This document shows, in pieces, positions 27,843 to 37,730 of a stretch of DNA of 64,000 nucleotides (positions are counted from its first letter, which is position 1; each line of letters opens with the position of its first letter). The notes beneath the pieces were generated by a model, which saw nothing but the letters and a program-made list of their open reading frames with translations, searched no databases and was not told the origin of the DNA. The stretch lies in the IMG/VR virus record IMGVR_UViG_3300018080_000121, positions 32,001 to 96,000 of that record. One strand, given 5' to 3'. Made by a program: the position numbers and the translations under genes. The DNA is from a virus.

Positions 27843-29171
27843 ATGGATCAGTTAATACCGCAGTGGTATAGAAGATATGGCGAGTATGTGAACTCATTTA
27901 GATCCTTCCCGTTAAAAGACGATGGTTTGAAACCTGTTGAAAGAAGACTTTTAATTACCGCTTATTTAGTTGCTCGTGATAAGCGAGTTAAGTCAGCTAG
28001 TGTGGATGGAACTTGTATTGCGAAATACCATCCACATGGTTCATGTTATGGAACTATTGTACAGTTGGTCAAAAATGGTTTTCTTGAAGGTCAAGGAAAT
28101 TTTGGAAATAGCTTGGGAGTAGATCCATCACCTCCAGCAGCTATGAGATACACAGAGTGTAAGCTACCAAAGTCCACCCTTGATATGGCTTTTAAGTACA
28201 TTAAACATGTTCCATACATCGAAGGTGAACTCAGTAATGAGGAACCTGCATTTCTACCAACAATGTTTCCATTCTGTCTTATGGGAAGGGAGTACACTCA
28301 AGGAATTGGATTTGGTTTTAGAACCTACGTTCCTTGTTACCGTCTTGAAGATCTTCATAAGAGACTTATGTTTCTTTTGAAGGTCAGAAAGACCAAACCA
28401 ACAATTCGACCCATAACCGATTGTCAAATCCTGTCTCCGGATACTGAGTTGGAAACTTTGCTAACGACCGGTAAAGCTACGATAAAGGTTAAAGGAGTTA
28501 TCGTAATAACCAAAACACACTGCAAAGCAAGACTCAAATCTTGGCCACCGGGTAGACGATTCGAGTCCATTCTGGGTAAATTCAAAAAAGAACTTGAGAA
28601 CAACGACATTGGTTTTATCGACCAATCGAATGATGAGGTCGGTACAGCAATAGATTTTACAGTCTTGAAGCAAAGAAATCGAGATAAAATCTTCAGCTCA
28701 TTTGTGAAGAAACTCGAAGCCGCTGTAACCGGAACTATTTCATTTGAAGCTATTACGGTTGATAGGAATAGTCATGTGAATCTAACCTCAGTAGATGAAA
28801 TGCTCCTTGGGACATATGTAAATTTCAAGGAAGTAAATGAAGCCATGCTGAAATATGAAATTCAAAAGAATAACTCCATGATTAAAGAGTTGCAAGATTT
28901 GGAGAAAATTAGAGCTCCATTATCTGCAATTCTAAAACAGACACCTGGTAGACTTACAAAGAAATTACTTGAAAAGTCTATTAAGTTTATCTCTGATAAG
29001 TCTGGAGTTCCCGTAAAGACAGTTAAGGAGTTGATAGCAAAATATCATATTCAAAAACTCTTAACAGTTGATACGGATACAGGTGAATTAAGACAAAAAG
29101 GAAAGGAACTAACGAGTTCCTTAAAGAATATTGACCAGTTTGTACTGAGTCAATATGACGCGGTAAAATAG
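27843..29171 (+). CDS. gyrA: Type IIA topoisomerase subunit A (GyrA/ParC-like, no C-terminal pinwheel)
   Basis: DGLKPVERR, YHPHG, GQGNFG, catalytic AAMRYTE, G..GIGFG; only 442 aa. Confidence 0.95.
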   Translation: MDQLIPQWYRRYGEYVNSFRSFPLKDDGLKPVERRLLITAYLVARDKRVKSASVDGTCIAKYHPHGSCYGTIVQLVKNGFLEGQGNFGNSLGVDPSPPAAMRYTECKLPKSTLDMAFKYIKHVPYIEGELSNEEPAFLPTMFPFCLMGREYTQGIGFGFRTYVPCYRLEDLHKRLMFLLKVRKTKPTIRPITDCQILSPDTELETLLTTGKATIKVKGVIVITKTHCKARLKSWPPGRRFESILGKFKKELENNDIGFIDQSNDEVGTAIDFTVLKQRNRDKIFSSFVKKLEAAVTGTISFEAITVDRNSHVNLTSVDEMLLGTYVNFKEVNEAMLKYEIQKNNSMIKELQDLEKIRAPLSAILKQTPGRLTKKLLEKSIKFISDKSGVPVKTVKELIAKYHIQKLLTVDTDTGELRQKGKELTSSLKNIDQFVLSQYDAVK

Positions 29172-29179
29172 GAGGAGAT

Positions 29180-29773
29180 ATGTATGAGGAACTTCAGAAG
29201 TGGGTAAATGAAAATGTCCCTGATGATAAACTCATTTGGAAACGAGGACTTGGTGACCAGGTGATGTTTGTCAGGGATAAGATCCCAGCAATCTTGGCGA
29301 GATCATCCGAAGAGTATCGGGGAATCAAAGAACGAATTATGGTTGTCAGTACTCACCATTCAAAGTCAGTATGTCTTCCAGTGTATCGTCTTGAATGGTT
29401 CGACTATACATTCACGATGCGATACAATTTCTATAATTGGATAGTATCTGTAAGGACACCGTATGGAAAACCATTCTATAACATTGACTGGCTAGGAATG
29501 ATTACCTCGGAGGATAAGGATATCAATTCCGTATATTGTGAAGGGTTCTCAAAAGATGATGTCTATGGAGCCTACAAAGATGGAGAGAGAAAGTTTACAA
29601 TTTCTCTATACGATAACTATGAACTCTATACATTCTTTAAAGTCATAAAGAATTGGGTAGTAAAGGAGGAAGCTAAACGTGTACAGAATCAGGCGAATTT
29701 ATCATGTGACGATGGGTCACAGACTGAGCAAACATCTGGGTCTGTGCCAGAACTTTCACGGGCACAATGTTGA
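29180..29773 (+). CDS. Hypothetical protein
   Basis: 197-aa ORF with GGAGG RBS; 3' end overlaps queD. Confidence 0.65.
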   Translation: MYEELQKWVNENVPDDKLIWKRGLGDQVMFVRDKIPAILARSSEEYRGIKERIMVVSTHHSKSVCLPVYRLEWFDYTFTMRYNFYNWIVSVRTPYGKPFYNIDWLGMITSEDKDINSVYCEGFSKDDVYGAYKDGERKFTISLYDNYELYTFFKVIKNWVVKEEAKRVQNQANLSCDDGSQTEQTSGSVPELSRAQC

Positions 29774-30110
29774 ATTTGAAATATCATTGTCAGCTCCATC
29801 ATTGAATGATAATGATATGATTATGGACTTTTCAGAATTAAAAGAGATTGGTGAGAACATATTTGAAATGATGGATCACGCCACACTCTTTAATCCCACA
29901 GATGAAAATCTTAAGTTCTTTCAAGAGCATGGATTCAAGACATTGACATTTCCGACGAAAGCGAATGAGGATCCGACTGCTGAGGTAACATGTAAGTGGG
30001 TGTACAGGATTTTTCGCGCGGGTTTGGACGAGCGAGGTCTTGAAGATGTTACTATTGACTTTGTTCGTATGTGGGAAAACAAGAACTCAATGGCGGAGTA
30101 CAGTGAATAA
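29679..30110 (+). CDS. queD: 6-carboxytetrahydropterin synthase (QueD/PTPS)
   Basis: GHRL..C.NFHGHN, MDFSELK, DH..L, PTAE, VRMWENKNSMAEY. Confidence 0.9.
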   Translation: MYRIRRIYHVTMGHRLSKHLGLCQNFHGHNVEFEISLSAPSLNDNDMIMDFSELKEIGENIFEMMDHATLFNPTDENLKFFQEHGFKTLTFPTKANEDPTAEVTCKWVYRIFRAGLDERGLEDVTIDFVRMWENKNSMAEYSE

Positions 30111-31516
30111 TGTTAAAGTTTAAGAGAAGATCAGGGATCATCATTCCACGGGAGTACGAGCAGTATGATTTCTACCAGATGATCCTGAAGCATTTAACGA
30201 GACGTCAACAAAACTACAACTCACCAGACTTTGTAGTCAACCAATTCTTTTCACAGTCAGATAAGTTTCTGACCATTCCTAGATTCTTCCCATTACAAAA
30301 TTACATAGAGTGCGGGTATGTCGACGCCCAGCATGAAGGACAAGATATTGATATTGAACACAAGATAACTCCAAGAAATGAAACACAAGAAAAGACAATG
30401 GAGTTTATGTGTAACAATGACAATGGGATTATCCAGCTGGGTCCAGGAATGGGAAAGACAGTAATCAGTATTTATATGATTGCGAAAAAGAAAAAGAAGA
30501 CTTTTATTCTGGTGCATCGAGATTCTCTCGATAAACAATGGCGCAAACGACTCATCGAGCATTCTTCTCTTAAAGAAAAGGATATTGCTTTACTAACAAC
30601 TGCAAAATTGGAAGAGCATTTGCAATATCCAGTCGTAATTGCTACAACACAAACGTTTACGTCAATACTCAAACGACGTAGAATGGACTTCCTTATCGAG
30701 TTAGATAAAGCAAACATCGGGGTATTTATCGGAGATGAGGTTCATACTACGGTAGGTGCTCCCACATTTAGTCAGTGTTCCATACACATGCCATCTAAGG
30801 TGACGTTCGGACTTAGCGCCACTCCCTACAGATGGGATGGGAACACTGACATTATCGAGTACCATCTTGGAGATGTCTTTGGAATTGATGACGATTCTGA
30901 TACTATGTCTGCGGATGTAACTATTCTACTCTCTGACTATGGTATTGATTCTCCAAGGAGGTACAAATACTTACATTGGGAAGGTCAGTTTCAGCGCTCG
31001 CGATACCTTAACATTATGAAAAACTCAACGACCTTTATGACTTTGGTAAAAGCAATGATTAGAAGATTACAAGATCGAAATCTTTTGGTCATTTGTGAGC
31101 GAGTTAAGAAACTGATCGACCCTTTGTATGATTGGTCGAAACATCCAGATAAGAAGAAATTTATAGCTGGTTCGCCATTATCAAATTTGGAAAGTCAGTT
31201 AACATTCTCAACTCCAGGTAAGATACGAGATGGTATTGATGCTCCATGGAAGGATACATTAATTATTACATCACCTGTTAGAAATATTGAACAGTTGAGT
31301 GGTCGAGTGATTCGAACAAAACCTGGAAAGAAACAACCAGTTATAATTGATATGGTTGATTATGGGTGTCCAGATATGTCTCGTCAAACTTATAGTAGAA
31401 TTAAATACTACAAAAAGAAAGGATGGAAGATAAGGTACATATTTGTCAATCCTGTTAACATGCAAAAACATGAGATGGAGGAAGACGAAGCTCTTCGAAT
31501 CATCAAAGGAGAGTAG
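30110..31516 (+). CDS. SF2 DExH helicase (UvsW/XPB-like)
   Basis: GPGMGKT, DEVH, GLSATPYR, EQLSGRVIR. Confidence 0.9.
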   Translation: MLKFKRRSGIIIPREYEQYDFYQMILKHLTRRQQNYNSPDFVVNQFFSQSDKFLTIPRFFPLQNYIECGYVDAQHEGQDIDIEHKITPRNETQEKTMEFMCNNDNGIIQLGPGMGKTVISIYMIAKKKKKTFILVHRDSLDKQWRKRLIEHSSLKEKDIALLTTAKLEEHLQYPVVIATTQTFTSILKRRRMDFLIELDKANIGVFIGDEVHTTVGAPTFSQCSIHMPSKVTFGLSATPYRWDGNTDIIEYHLGDVFGIDDDSDTMSADVTILLSDYGIDSPRRYKYLHWEGQFQRSRYLNIMKNSTTFMTLVKAMIRRLQDRNLLVICERVKKLIDPLYDWSKHPDKKKFIAGSPLSNLESQLTFSTPGKIRDGIDAPWKDTLIITSPVRNIEQLSGRVIRTKPGKKQPVIIDMVDYGCPDMSRQTYSRIKYYKKKGWKIRYIFVNPVNMQKHEMEEDEALRIIKGE

Positions 31517-31711
31517 ATGCGACGACCCAATCCTTATGGTATTGGTCCAGTTCCAATATTTGATCCATGTGAAAAATGTGTGATTAAAATGTGTTGCTCA
31601 TATCTTTGTGAAGAGAAGATCAAATATGAAGGAGCAAAAGTACCACCAATAAAAACTAGAGTATACACGAAAGGAAAAAGAATAAAATGCGTAAAAAAGC
31701 GGATTTCGTAA
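31517..31711 (+). CDS. PCxxC-x5-C-x3-C family small protein (copy 3)
   Basis: DPCEKCVIKMCCSYLCEE. Confidence 0.6.
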   Translation: MRRPNPYGIGPVPIFDPCEKCVIKMCCSYLCEEKIKYEGAKVPPIKTRVYTKGKRIKCVKKRIS

Positions 31712-32022
31712 CCAACAGTAGTTCGACGTCATATATCTTGACGGATAAGGAAGGTAGAATTGATCCACAGGGTAAGATGTTGATCGATTTGAAGAAGCAA
31801 GCGGATCTGACTGTGATTACGACAGAGATCTTGGACGAAATTGAGAAAAATGGATTCTATAAAATTGGTCAGTATTCCAGAATTGAACTGGATGAAGGTG
31901 AACTTGAAAACGCCAGATTTGTGTTGTCGCACGGCGAGAAGGTTTACTGGATTGATGTATATGACGATCCAGCATGGTTTATTCCCAGTGGAGTAGTTGC
32001 TCAATGTGTAAATGATTATTAG
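31687..32022 (+). CDS. DFVTNSS-motif family protein (1)
   Basis: N-terminus MRKKADFVTNSSSTSY. Confidence 0.8.
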   Translation: MRKKADFVTNSSSTSYILTDKEGRIDPQGKMLIDLKKQADLTVITTEILDEIEKNGFYKIGQYSRIELDEGELENARFVLSHGEKVYWIDVYDDPAWFIPSGVVAQCVNDY

Positions 32023-32030
32023 GAGGGGAA

Positions 32031-32387
32031 ATGAGAAAGAAAGCTGATTTTGTAACGAATAGTTCGTCAACATCTTATATTGTGCATATTCCAGTTGATT
32101 TTACCTTGGATGCACATACAGAAGATATCAAGCAGTCGATTCTTGATTGGGATGGAGAAGTGAATGAAAAACGAATTGAGAAAGTAAAAGATCAGCTCCA
32201 TGAGTTGATGAACTTGAGTGGTCGAATGTATGAGTATGATAATCGCATTGAGATGGTAGCGCTGAGGGATCTATTCCATAAACTAGATTTCATAATTGAT
32301 GGAATTGATGTCGGATCTGATATGGGCGTACTTGTAAATATTAACACACTCAAGGCAAGACAAAAGATCGAAAAGATCGGAGCTTAA
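32031..32387 (+). CDS. DFVTNSS-motif family protein (2)
   Basis: N-terminus MRKKADFVTNSSSTSY; same 16 aa as copy 1 but different codons. Confidence 0.8.
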   Translation: MRKKADFVTNSSSTSYIVHIPVDFTLDAHTEDIKQSILDWDGEVNEKRIEKVKDQLHELMNLSGRMYEYDNRIEMVALRDLFHKLDFIIDGIDVGSDMGVLVNINTLKARQKIEKIGA

Positions 32388-32388
32388 T

Positions 32389-33393
32389 ATGAAAGCTATT
32401 GTAATAGCGGACATCCATTTGAGTATGTACTCAAATGATCCAGTGGTTGAAGGGATCTCCATGAGACTGTTCTATTTGAATAGTGTCTTGAGAAGAATCG
32501 CAGACTATGCGATTAAACATAAAATTGATATCATCATAATTGCTGGTGATATCTATCACACAAAGAGTTCTATCCATGCGGTTGCTCAGGACGTTCTTCT
32601 TGAATATGTGAGAGACTATCAGGATCTTCTCTTTTATGTAATTGATGGAAACCATGATATGTCTTCCAAGTCTGGTAAGGGAGTGTCTGGGTTAAAGTGT
32701 TTGGACAATGAACCAAATGTGTATATGATGCACGAGCCAACGATGGTCGAGAACATCTTCTTTGTTCCGTGGAATGCGAAAACGATGGTTGAGACTGTGA
32801 AGAATGGACAAGCTGATTATCTGATATCTCATTTCGGATTAAATGAAGCGATGTTGAATAGCGGAATCTCAATTATTTCTGATCTTGGAATGAAGGATCT
32901 GGCGCATTATAAATGGTGTCTTCTTGGACATTATCACATGCCACAAGAGTTAGGGAATGTGATAATTCCAGGATCAATTATCCAGTTGGATTGGGGCGAG
33001 AAGCATGAGGAGAAACGATTTATAATTCTTGACACAGATAAGCATACGTGGAAGTCTGTTCCTACACAGGGTTATGTTGAACACCATGCACTTGAACTTA
33101 CAGATGAAAATAAAGAAGATGTTCTCAAACTCGCGCGTAAGTTGAAAGACAAGGGCCATCAAGTTAAGATTAATCGAATGACAGTCGGTGTAGATATGGC
33201 TGAATTGCAGGATGAGTTTGTGGTAGTTGATAAAGTCGAGAAGGATATCACAAATCGTGGTATTGACTCATCCATGTCAATGTCTGATATCTTCAAGAGA
33301 TATATGGAGATTGAAGGAATACCAAAAGAGAAGTGGCCTGCATATGAAGCTATGGCGGTGAAAATTGTGAATACAGCAAGGGAGGGTTTATGA
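32389..33393 (+). CDS. sbcD: SbcD/Mre11/gp47-like metallophosphoesterase nuclease
   Basis: IADIH, AGDIYH, DGNHD, SHFG, LLGHYH, PGSIIQLDWGE. Confidence 0.9.
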   Translation: MKAIVIADIHLSMYSNDPVVEGISMRLFYLNSVLRRIADYAIKHKIDIIIIAGDIYHTKSSIHAVAQDVLLEYVRDYQDLLFYVIDGNHDMSSKSGKGVSGLKCLDNEPNVYMMHEPTMVENIFFVPWNAKTMVETVKNGQADYLISHFGLNEAMLNSGISIISDLGMKDLAHYKWCLLGHYHMPQELGNVIIPGSIIQLDWGEKHEEKRFIILDTDKHTWKSVPTQGYVEHHALELTDENKEDVLKLARKLKDKGHQVKINRMTVGVDMAELQDEFVVVDKVEKDITNRGIDSSMSMSDIFKRYMEIEGIPKEKWPAYEAMAVKIVNTAREGL

Positions 33394-33905
33394 AATTCCA
33401 AGTAAAATTTGAGGCTCCTGGTGACGGAAGATTGACAGAGGAACCTCCTGGAGAGATTGGAATTGACATGGTGGATATGATTAGAGATGAACTCAATCGA
33501 CCAAATCTTGACGTAGATCTGATTAATGGAGAGATTCAATGTCCAAGATATCGTTCATCTTACTATGTCAATGTTACTGAAGCAACAGCGAGAACCATCT
33601 CATTATTCTCGGGAAGAAACAAGGTAACAGTTAAAGTTCCAGATAGCTATCTGTCAAAATATGAGAACTTTATCTTTCGTGAAACCTTCTATGATCCGGT
33701 GAATAATGTTCTTGAAATGTTTCGGGTATGGGTATTACGGCGACCAAAAAAATTGACTTGTGTATTTCCCCACTATGAACTAAACGAACAGTGGTTGATT
33801 GAGGATTGGAAGGAAGCTGGATGTCCTCTCAAGTGGGGATTCAATGGGGAAAATGGTTCGAACGCAAAGAAGTTAGCGGAGAAGAAGAATGGGAAAAAAA
33901 GTTGA
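33390..33905 (+). CDS. Hypothetical protein inserted between sbcD and sbcC
   Basis: 171-aa ORF with GGGAGG RBS. Confidence 0.65.
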   Translation: MKFQVKFEAPGDGRLTEEPPGEIGIDMVDMIRDELNRPNLDVDLINGEIQCPRYRSSYYVNVTEATARTISLFSGRNKVTVKVPDSYLSKYENFIFRETFYDPVNNVLEMFRVWVLRRPKKLTCVFPHYELNEQWLIEDWKEAGCPLKWGFNGENGSNAKKLAEKKNGKKS

Positions 33906-34191
33906 TCTAGGTGGGACAGAAAAAGGAGCGCCACCTCAAAAACAAAAGATGATCTATTTTGGTATACCCACAACCATTGCGATGATGATGGACATATACA
34001 CATACGAACCTGCAAAGAGATATGTTGACGCAATGAAACAAACTCTACTCAGTTCTGTAAGTCTCAAAGAGTTGAGAAAAGAGATTTGTACAATGTTTGG
34101 TATGAAGAGTATGAGAAAACTCAAAAAGCAACGAGAGAACCAGGCGAAAATCTTAACTGCGATCTTTGGTGATCGTATATGGGGTGAATGA
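33889..34191 (+). CDS. Hypothetical basic protein
   Basis: 100-aa ORF in the tightly packed operon. Confidence 0.55.
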   Translation: MGKKVDLGGTEKGAPPQKQKMIYFGIPTTIAMMMDIYTYEPAKRYVDAMKQTLLSSVSLKELRKEICTMFGMKSMRKLKKQRENQAKILTAIFGDRIWGE

Positions 34192-36392
34192 TGAAAAAAG
34201 TTACCTTTCTGAAACAAGGAATGGAGAACTTTTGTAACCATATCGAACCAATGGAATTGGAGTTTGGAGAAGGTCAACTGGTTCTGGTTACAGGTCCAAA
34301 TGGAGCAGGAAAGACTTCTCTATTCCAAGCACTTCCATATACGTTATATGGTCAGTGTGAGAAAGGAAGAGGGGATGATGTTCTTAATGACAAAACTGAA
34401 AAGAATTGTCATACATGGACCGAGTTCGATATTGATGGTCAAGGGTATCGAGTAGATAGATATGTTAAGTATACAAGGCTCGGAAATACTGTAACATTAA
34501 CAAGGAAAGGAGAAAAACGCCCATACAAGAAAGGTCATAAAGAAGTAGTACCAGAAGTTGAAAGACTTCTAGTTCCATATAAACTCTTTATGAATACTTT
34601 ACTATTTTCTCAAAAAGTGAAAACATTCTTTACCGACTTAACTGATTCTCAGCAAAAAGAAATCTTTCGAAAGATCCTCACTCTTGATGATTATGTATTA
34701 TACCATCAGGGCGCCGGAGTTGAAGAAAGAGATATTGAGAATAGAATCATTGAGTTGATAGGAATGACGAGTGTTAATGAACAGTTGTTAGTTGATGCAG
34801 AGCAACAACTTAAACAGACTAACCAAGCAATGATGGATTTCTATCGACAAAAAGGAGAGGAGATTGAAACTCTTACTCGACAAATCGAAGCTAGAAAGAC
34901 AATTGTTGCCAATGGATCTGCTCATTGGGAAAGTTTTGTCAAGCAAAACTTGGATGACAAACTTGCTAATGTTAGCAGTCGCATTGGGTTTGCAAGTCAG
35001 AAGTTTAACAATGTTGCGAAAGAGTTGGATGCAATAGTTGAGAAAATTGAATCTCAAGCTGGATGGAAAGAAGCTGAACTTGAGGGCGCGGCAGCTACAG
35101 CTAGAACAAAAGCTGAACAAGAGTTAAGTGAGCAACGTCACAAGATAAATGCAGAGTGGCAACCAAAAGATGAAGAATTTGAGAAGGAGAGAGAACTACT
35201 TATACACAAGAAACATTCAGCGGAGAAGCAACAGGCATCAACTCATACAGAAATGCTATCAACTAAGAAGCTAATTGGAGAATTAGAGGAAAGTTTAGAA
35301 ATGGAAGCTCCTGTATGTCCAACGTGTCTTCAGGATATTACAGATGAATCAAAAAAGAAAATCCAAGAGCAAGTGGATTTTACATTTGATCGGATGGAGA
35401 AATTACGAGGGTTCTATGAGCAACTTACTGAAGAAATTTACGAATGGGACTCAAAACTTTCAGATTTAGCTTCTAAAAGAAATGAGTGGAAGGAGCAAAA
35501 AAATAAGAAAATAGAAAAAGCGGTAGATGAGAACACAAAAACTCTAACATCTATTAACGCTAGACTCCAGAATGCAATGGTGAAATTGGAGATCGTCGTA
35601 AAAGAACAAAAAGAGGCAGCAATCGCTGAAAGCGCTAAAGAGAAAGCAAAATATTCTCTGCAGGTTGACGAACTTCAAATGGAAAAAGATGGAGTTGTGA
35701 AATTGATTGAAGCTAGAGAAGAAGCTCTCAGAACTTTAAATGAGAGTAAGTCGCAATTGTCTTTAGCGGAACAGGCTCTTAAGTCGAAAGAGGAAGAAGA
35801 GTTTGACAAGTCTCTTCTTAAATCCTTAGAAGAAAAAATTAAGGAATGTAAGAAGAATATTGTTGACTATAAAAAGAATCTTGAAGAGTTGAGAGAGCAA
35901 AAGGTTATGGCAGAGTTCTGGAGAAAAGGGTTCTCACCCTCCGGGATTCAAAGTATGTTAATTGATGACGCAATACCATTCATGAATGAGAAGATTACTC
36001 ATTATATGGATAAGCTGTCTAATGGTCGATACCAGGTCAAATTTGATACACTGAAACCCACAAAAGATGGAAAGGTCTTTAGAGATAAGATTTATGTTGA
36101 ACTCTTTGACACCTTTACTCACTCTGATGCACGGGTAAAATTCTCAGGTGGTCAAGAGAGATTAGTAGATATTGGAACAATCTTAACACTTTGCGATCTA
36201 CAAAGTATGATACAAGATGTTGAATTCAATATCCTACTGTTTGACGAAATCTTCGATGCTCTAGATGACAATAACATTGCTCAAGTTGCGAATCTTATTA
36301 AAAGGGTCTCAATGAATAAGTGGATTGGTGTAATTTCACATCGACATATTGACCAGATAGAAGCAGACGAGGTATTGGAATTCAGGGGGTGA
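34188..36392 (+). CDS. sbcC: SbcC/Rad50/gp46-like ABC ATPase
   Basis: GPNGAGKT, coiled coils with CPTC zinc hook, signature FSGGQ, LLFDEIFDALD, ISH. Confidence 0.95.
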   Translation: MMKKVTFLKQGMENFCNHIEPMELEFGEGQLVLVTGPNGAGKTSLFQALPYTLYGQCEKGRGDDVLNDKTEKNCHTWTEFDIDGQGYRVDRYVKYTRLGNTVTLTRKGEKRPYKKGHKEVVPEVERLLVPYKLFMNTLLFSQKVKTFFTDLTDSQQKEIFRKILTLDDYVLYHQGAGVEERDIENRIIELIGMTSVNEQLLVDAEQQLKQTNQAMMDFYRQKGEEIETLTRQIEARKTIVANGSAHWESFVKQNLDDKLANVSSRIGFASQKFNNVAKELDAIVEKIESQAGWKEAELEGAAATARTKAEQELSEQRHKINAEWQPKDEEFEKERELLIHKKHSAEKQQASTHTEMLSTKKLIGELEESLEMEAPVCPTCLQDITDESKKKIQEQVDFTFDRMEKLRGFYEQLTEEIYEWDSKLSDLASKRNEWKEQKNKKIEKAVDENTKTLTSINARLQNAMVKLEIVVKEQKEAAIAESAKEKAKYSLQVDELQMEKDGVVKLIEAREEALRTLNESKSQLSLAEQALKSKEEEEFDKSLLKSLEEKIKECKKNIVDYKKNLEELREQKVMAEFWRKGFSPSGIQSMLIDDAIPFMNEKITHYMDKLSNGRYQVKFDTLKPTKDGKVFRDKIYVELFDTFTHSDARVKFSGGQERLVDIGTILTLCDLQSMIQDVEFNILLFDEIFDALDDNNIAQVANLIKRVSMNKWIGVISHRHIDQIEADEVLEFRG

Positions 36393-36530
36393 TTATGTTA
36401 TGTGGTTTATTAAATCTCCACCCGGACTAGAAGCTGCTGCAGGAATTTTGAACGGGGTTATAGCAACGTTTTATCTACTTGTTATAATCGTTGGATTTTA
36501 CTTTATCGGGTTAACATTTTGGGAGGTTCT

Positions 36531-37127
36531 ATGCGTCGTAAGTGCGATTTCGTGACAAATAGTAGCTCCGTGAGTTTCGTCTTGAAAGGTAAGGCTTGTG
36601 GTAGGGTTCCGACCATAGCTGATGATCTTCCAAAACTTCTTAGAGAAAGATTTCCTAGAAGTGACCATTATCCAGAAGAGGGCGCTGTAGTATATGCTAG
36701 CTCCTATGCGATAGTGAAGGATGGTGTTCCATCTGAAGATGATGAGGATGCTCCACAGGGTAGTTATGAAATGACCCTTATAAATACCCATGATTGGGAT
36801 GAAGAACATGACGATGTAGTTGGTGTCACGGCGATTACCATTAATGTAGTAAGCCCTCTTATCTATGTTCGAAATCATCCGGTTATTATGGATAGGGTGT
36901 TGTTTCTTCTAAATCAAATTCTTCCAAAAGATTCTCATGGCGAATTGTACTTCGCTCAAATGCCTACAGAAATGGAAGGTGGGGGATTAGATGGTGGTGA
37001 TCCAATGGGACCGTATGAATGGTCATTTGATATCTTGAGGTGTGAAACTAAATCTGGAAAGATAAAAATTAAAGATGGAAACCCACGGGGTTATGTGAAA
37101 TGGGTGAAATGTAAGGAGGAGCAATGA
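36531..37127 (+). CDS. DFVTNSS-motif family protein (3)
   Basis: ATG at 36531 after GGGAGG: MRRKCDFVTNSSSVSF. Confidence 0.8.
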   Translation: MRRKCDFVTNSSSVSFVLKGKACGRVPTIADDLPKLLRERFPRSDHYPEEGAVVYASSYAIVKDGVPSEDDEDAPQGSYEMTLINTHDWDEEHDDVVGVTAITINVVSPLIYVRNHPVIMDRVLFLLNQILPKDSHGELYFAQMPTEMEGGGLDGGDPMGPYEWSFDILRCETKSGKIKIKDGNPRGYVKWVKCKEEQ

Positions 37128-37480
37128 TTAAAAAGAAAACTACCGAAATGACAAGAGTTGCTCCTGATTGGGAAGTGTCAATCAAAAGAGCTGAGAATGG
37201 ATTCATTGTTACCAGTTATGAAGAGATGCATGGTTGTGATGATGATAACCAAATCTACAAGAAGGCTCAATATGTAATTGAAGATGGAGCATTCTTTGAA
37301 GAAATCGAATCGCTTTCTGCAGAGTACCAGAGTCTGATAGATGACCATGATGTAGCAATGTATTTTCTATTACATCATATTGCTGAGCACTTTGGATGTC
37401 ACTACAGTAAGCATAAGAAAATTAACTTGTATGTCGACTTCGTAGTGAAGGAGGACGATGATGGGATGGAGAGAAAGTAG
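37124..37480 (+). CDS. Hypothetical protein
   Basis: 118 aa with GGAGG RBS; VSIKRAENGFIV beta-hairpin start. Confidence 0.6.
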   Translation: MIKKKTTEMTRVAPDWEVSIKRAENGFIVTSYEEMHGCDDDNQIYKKAQYVIEDGAFFEEIESLSAEYQSLIDDHDVAMYFLLHHIAEHFGCHYSKHKKINLYVDFVVKEDDDGMERK

Positions 37481-37730
37481 ATATGGCTTTCACATATCTG
37501 AATACAATGGAGTTTGGAAGTGGACAGTAAGGGACCAACATGGCGTAGAACTTGCGATGAGTCCACGACATGGGTTTGCATCTGCTGATGCTGCAGTCGA
37601 AGCAGTGAAAGAACTCATAAATTTTATCATTGACAATGGGTTCAATATCCCTGTAACCGTGTACAAAGAAGGATTGGAGAATGATAGACAAAATACAAAT
37701 AGTGAGTTGGCTACTGACGCGGCGGTGTAA
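37458..37730 (+). CDS. YegP/DUF1508-like small protein
   Basis: WKWTVRDQHGVELAMS..GFASADAA resembles the WrWrl.a.NG.ila.Segy.s..aa pattern. Confidence 0.5.
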   Translation: MMGWRESRYGFHISEYNGVWKWTVRDQHGVELAMSPRHGFASADAAVEAVKELINFIIDNGFNIPVTVYKEGLENDRQNTNSELATDAAV

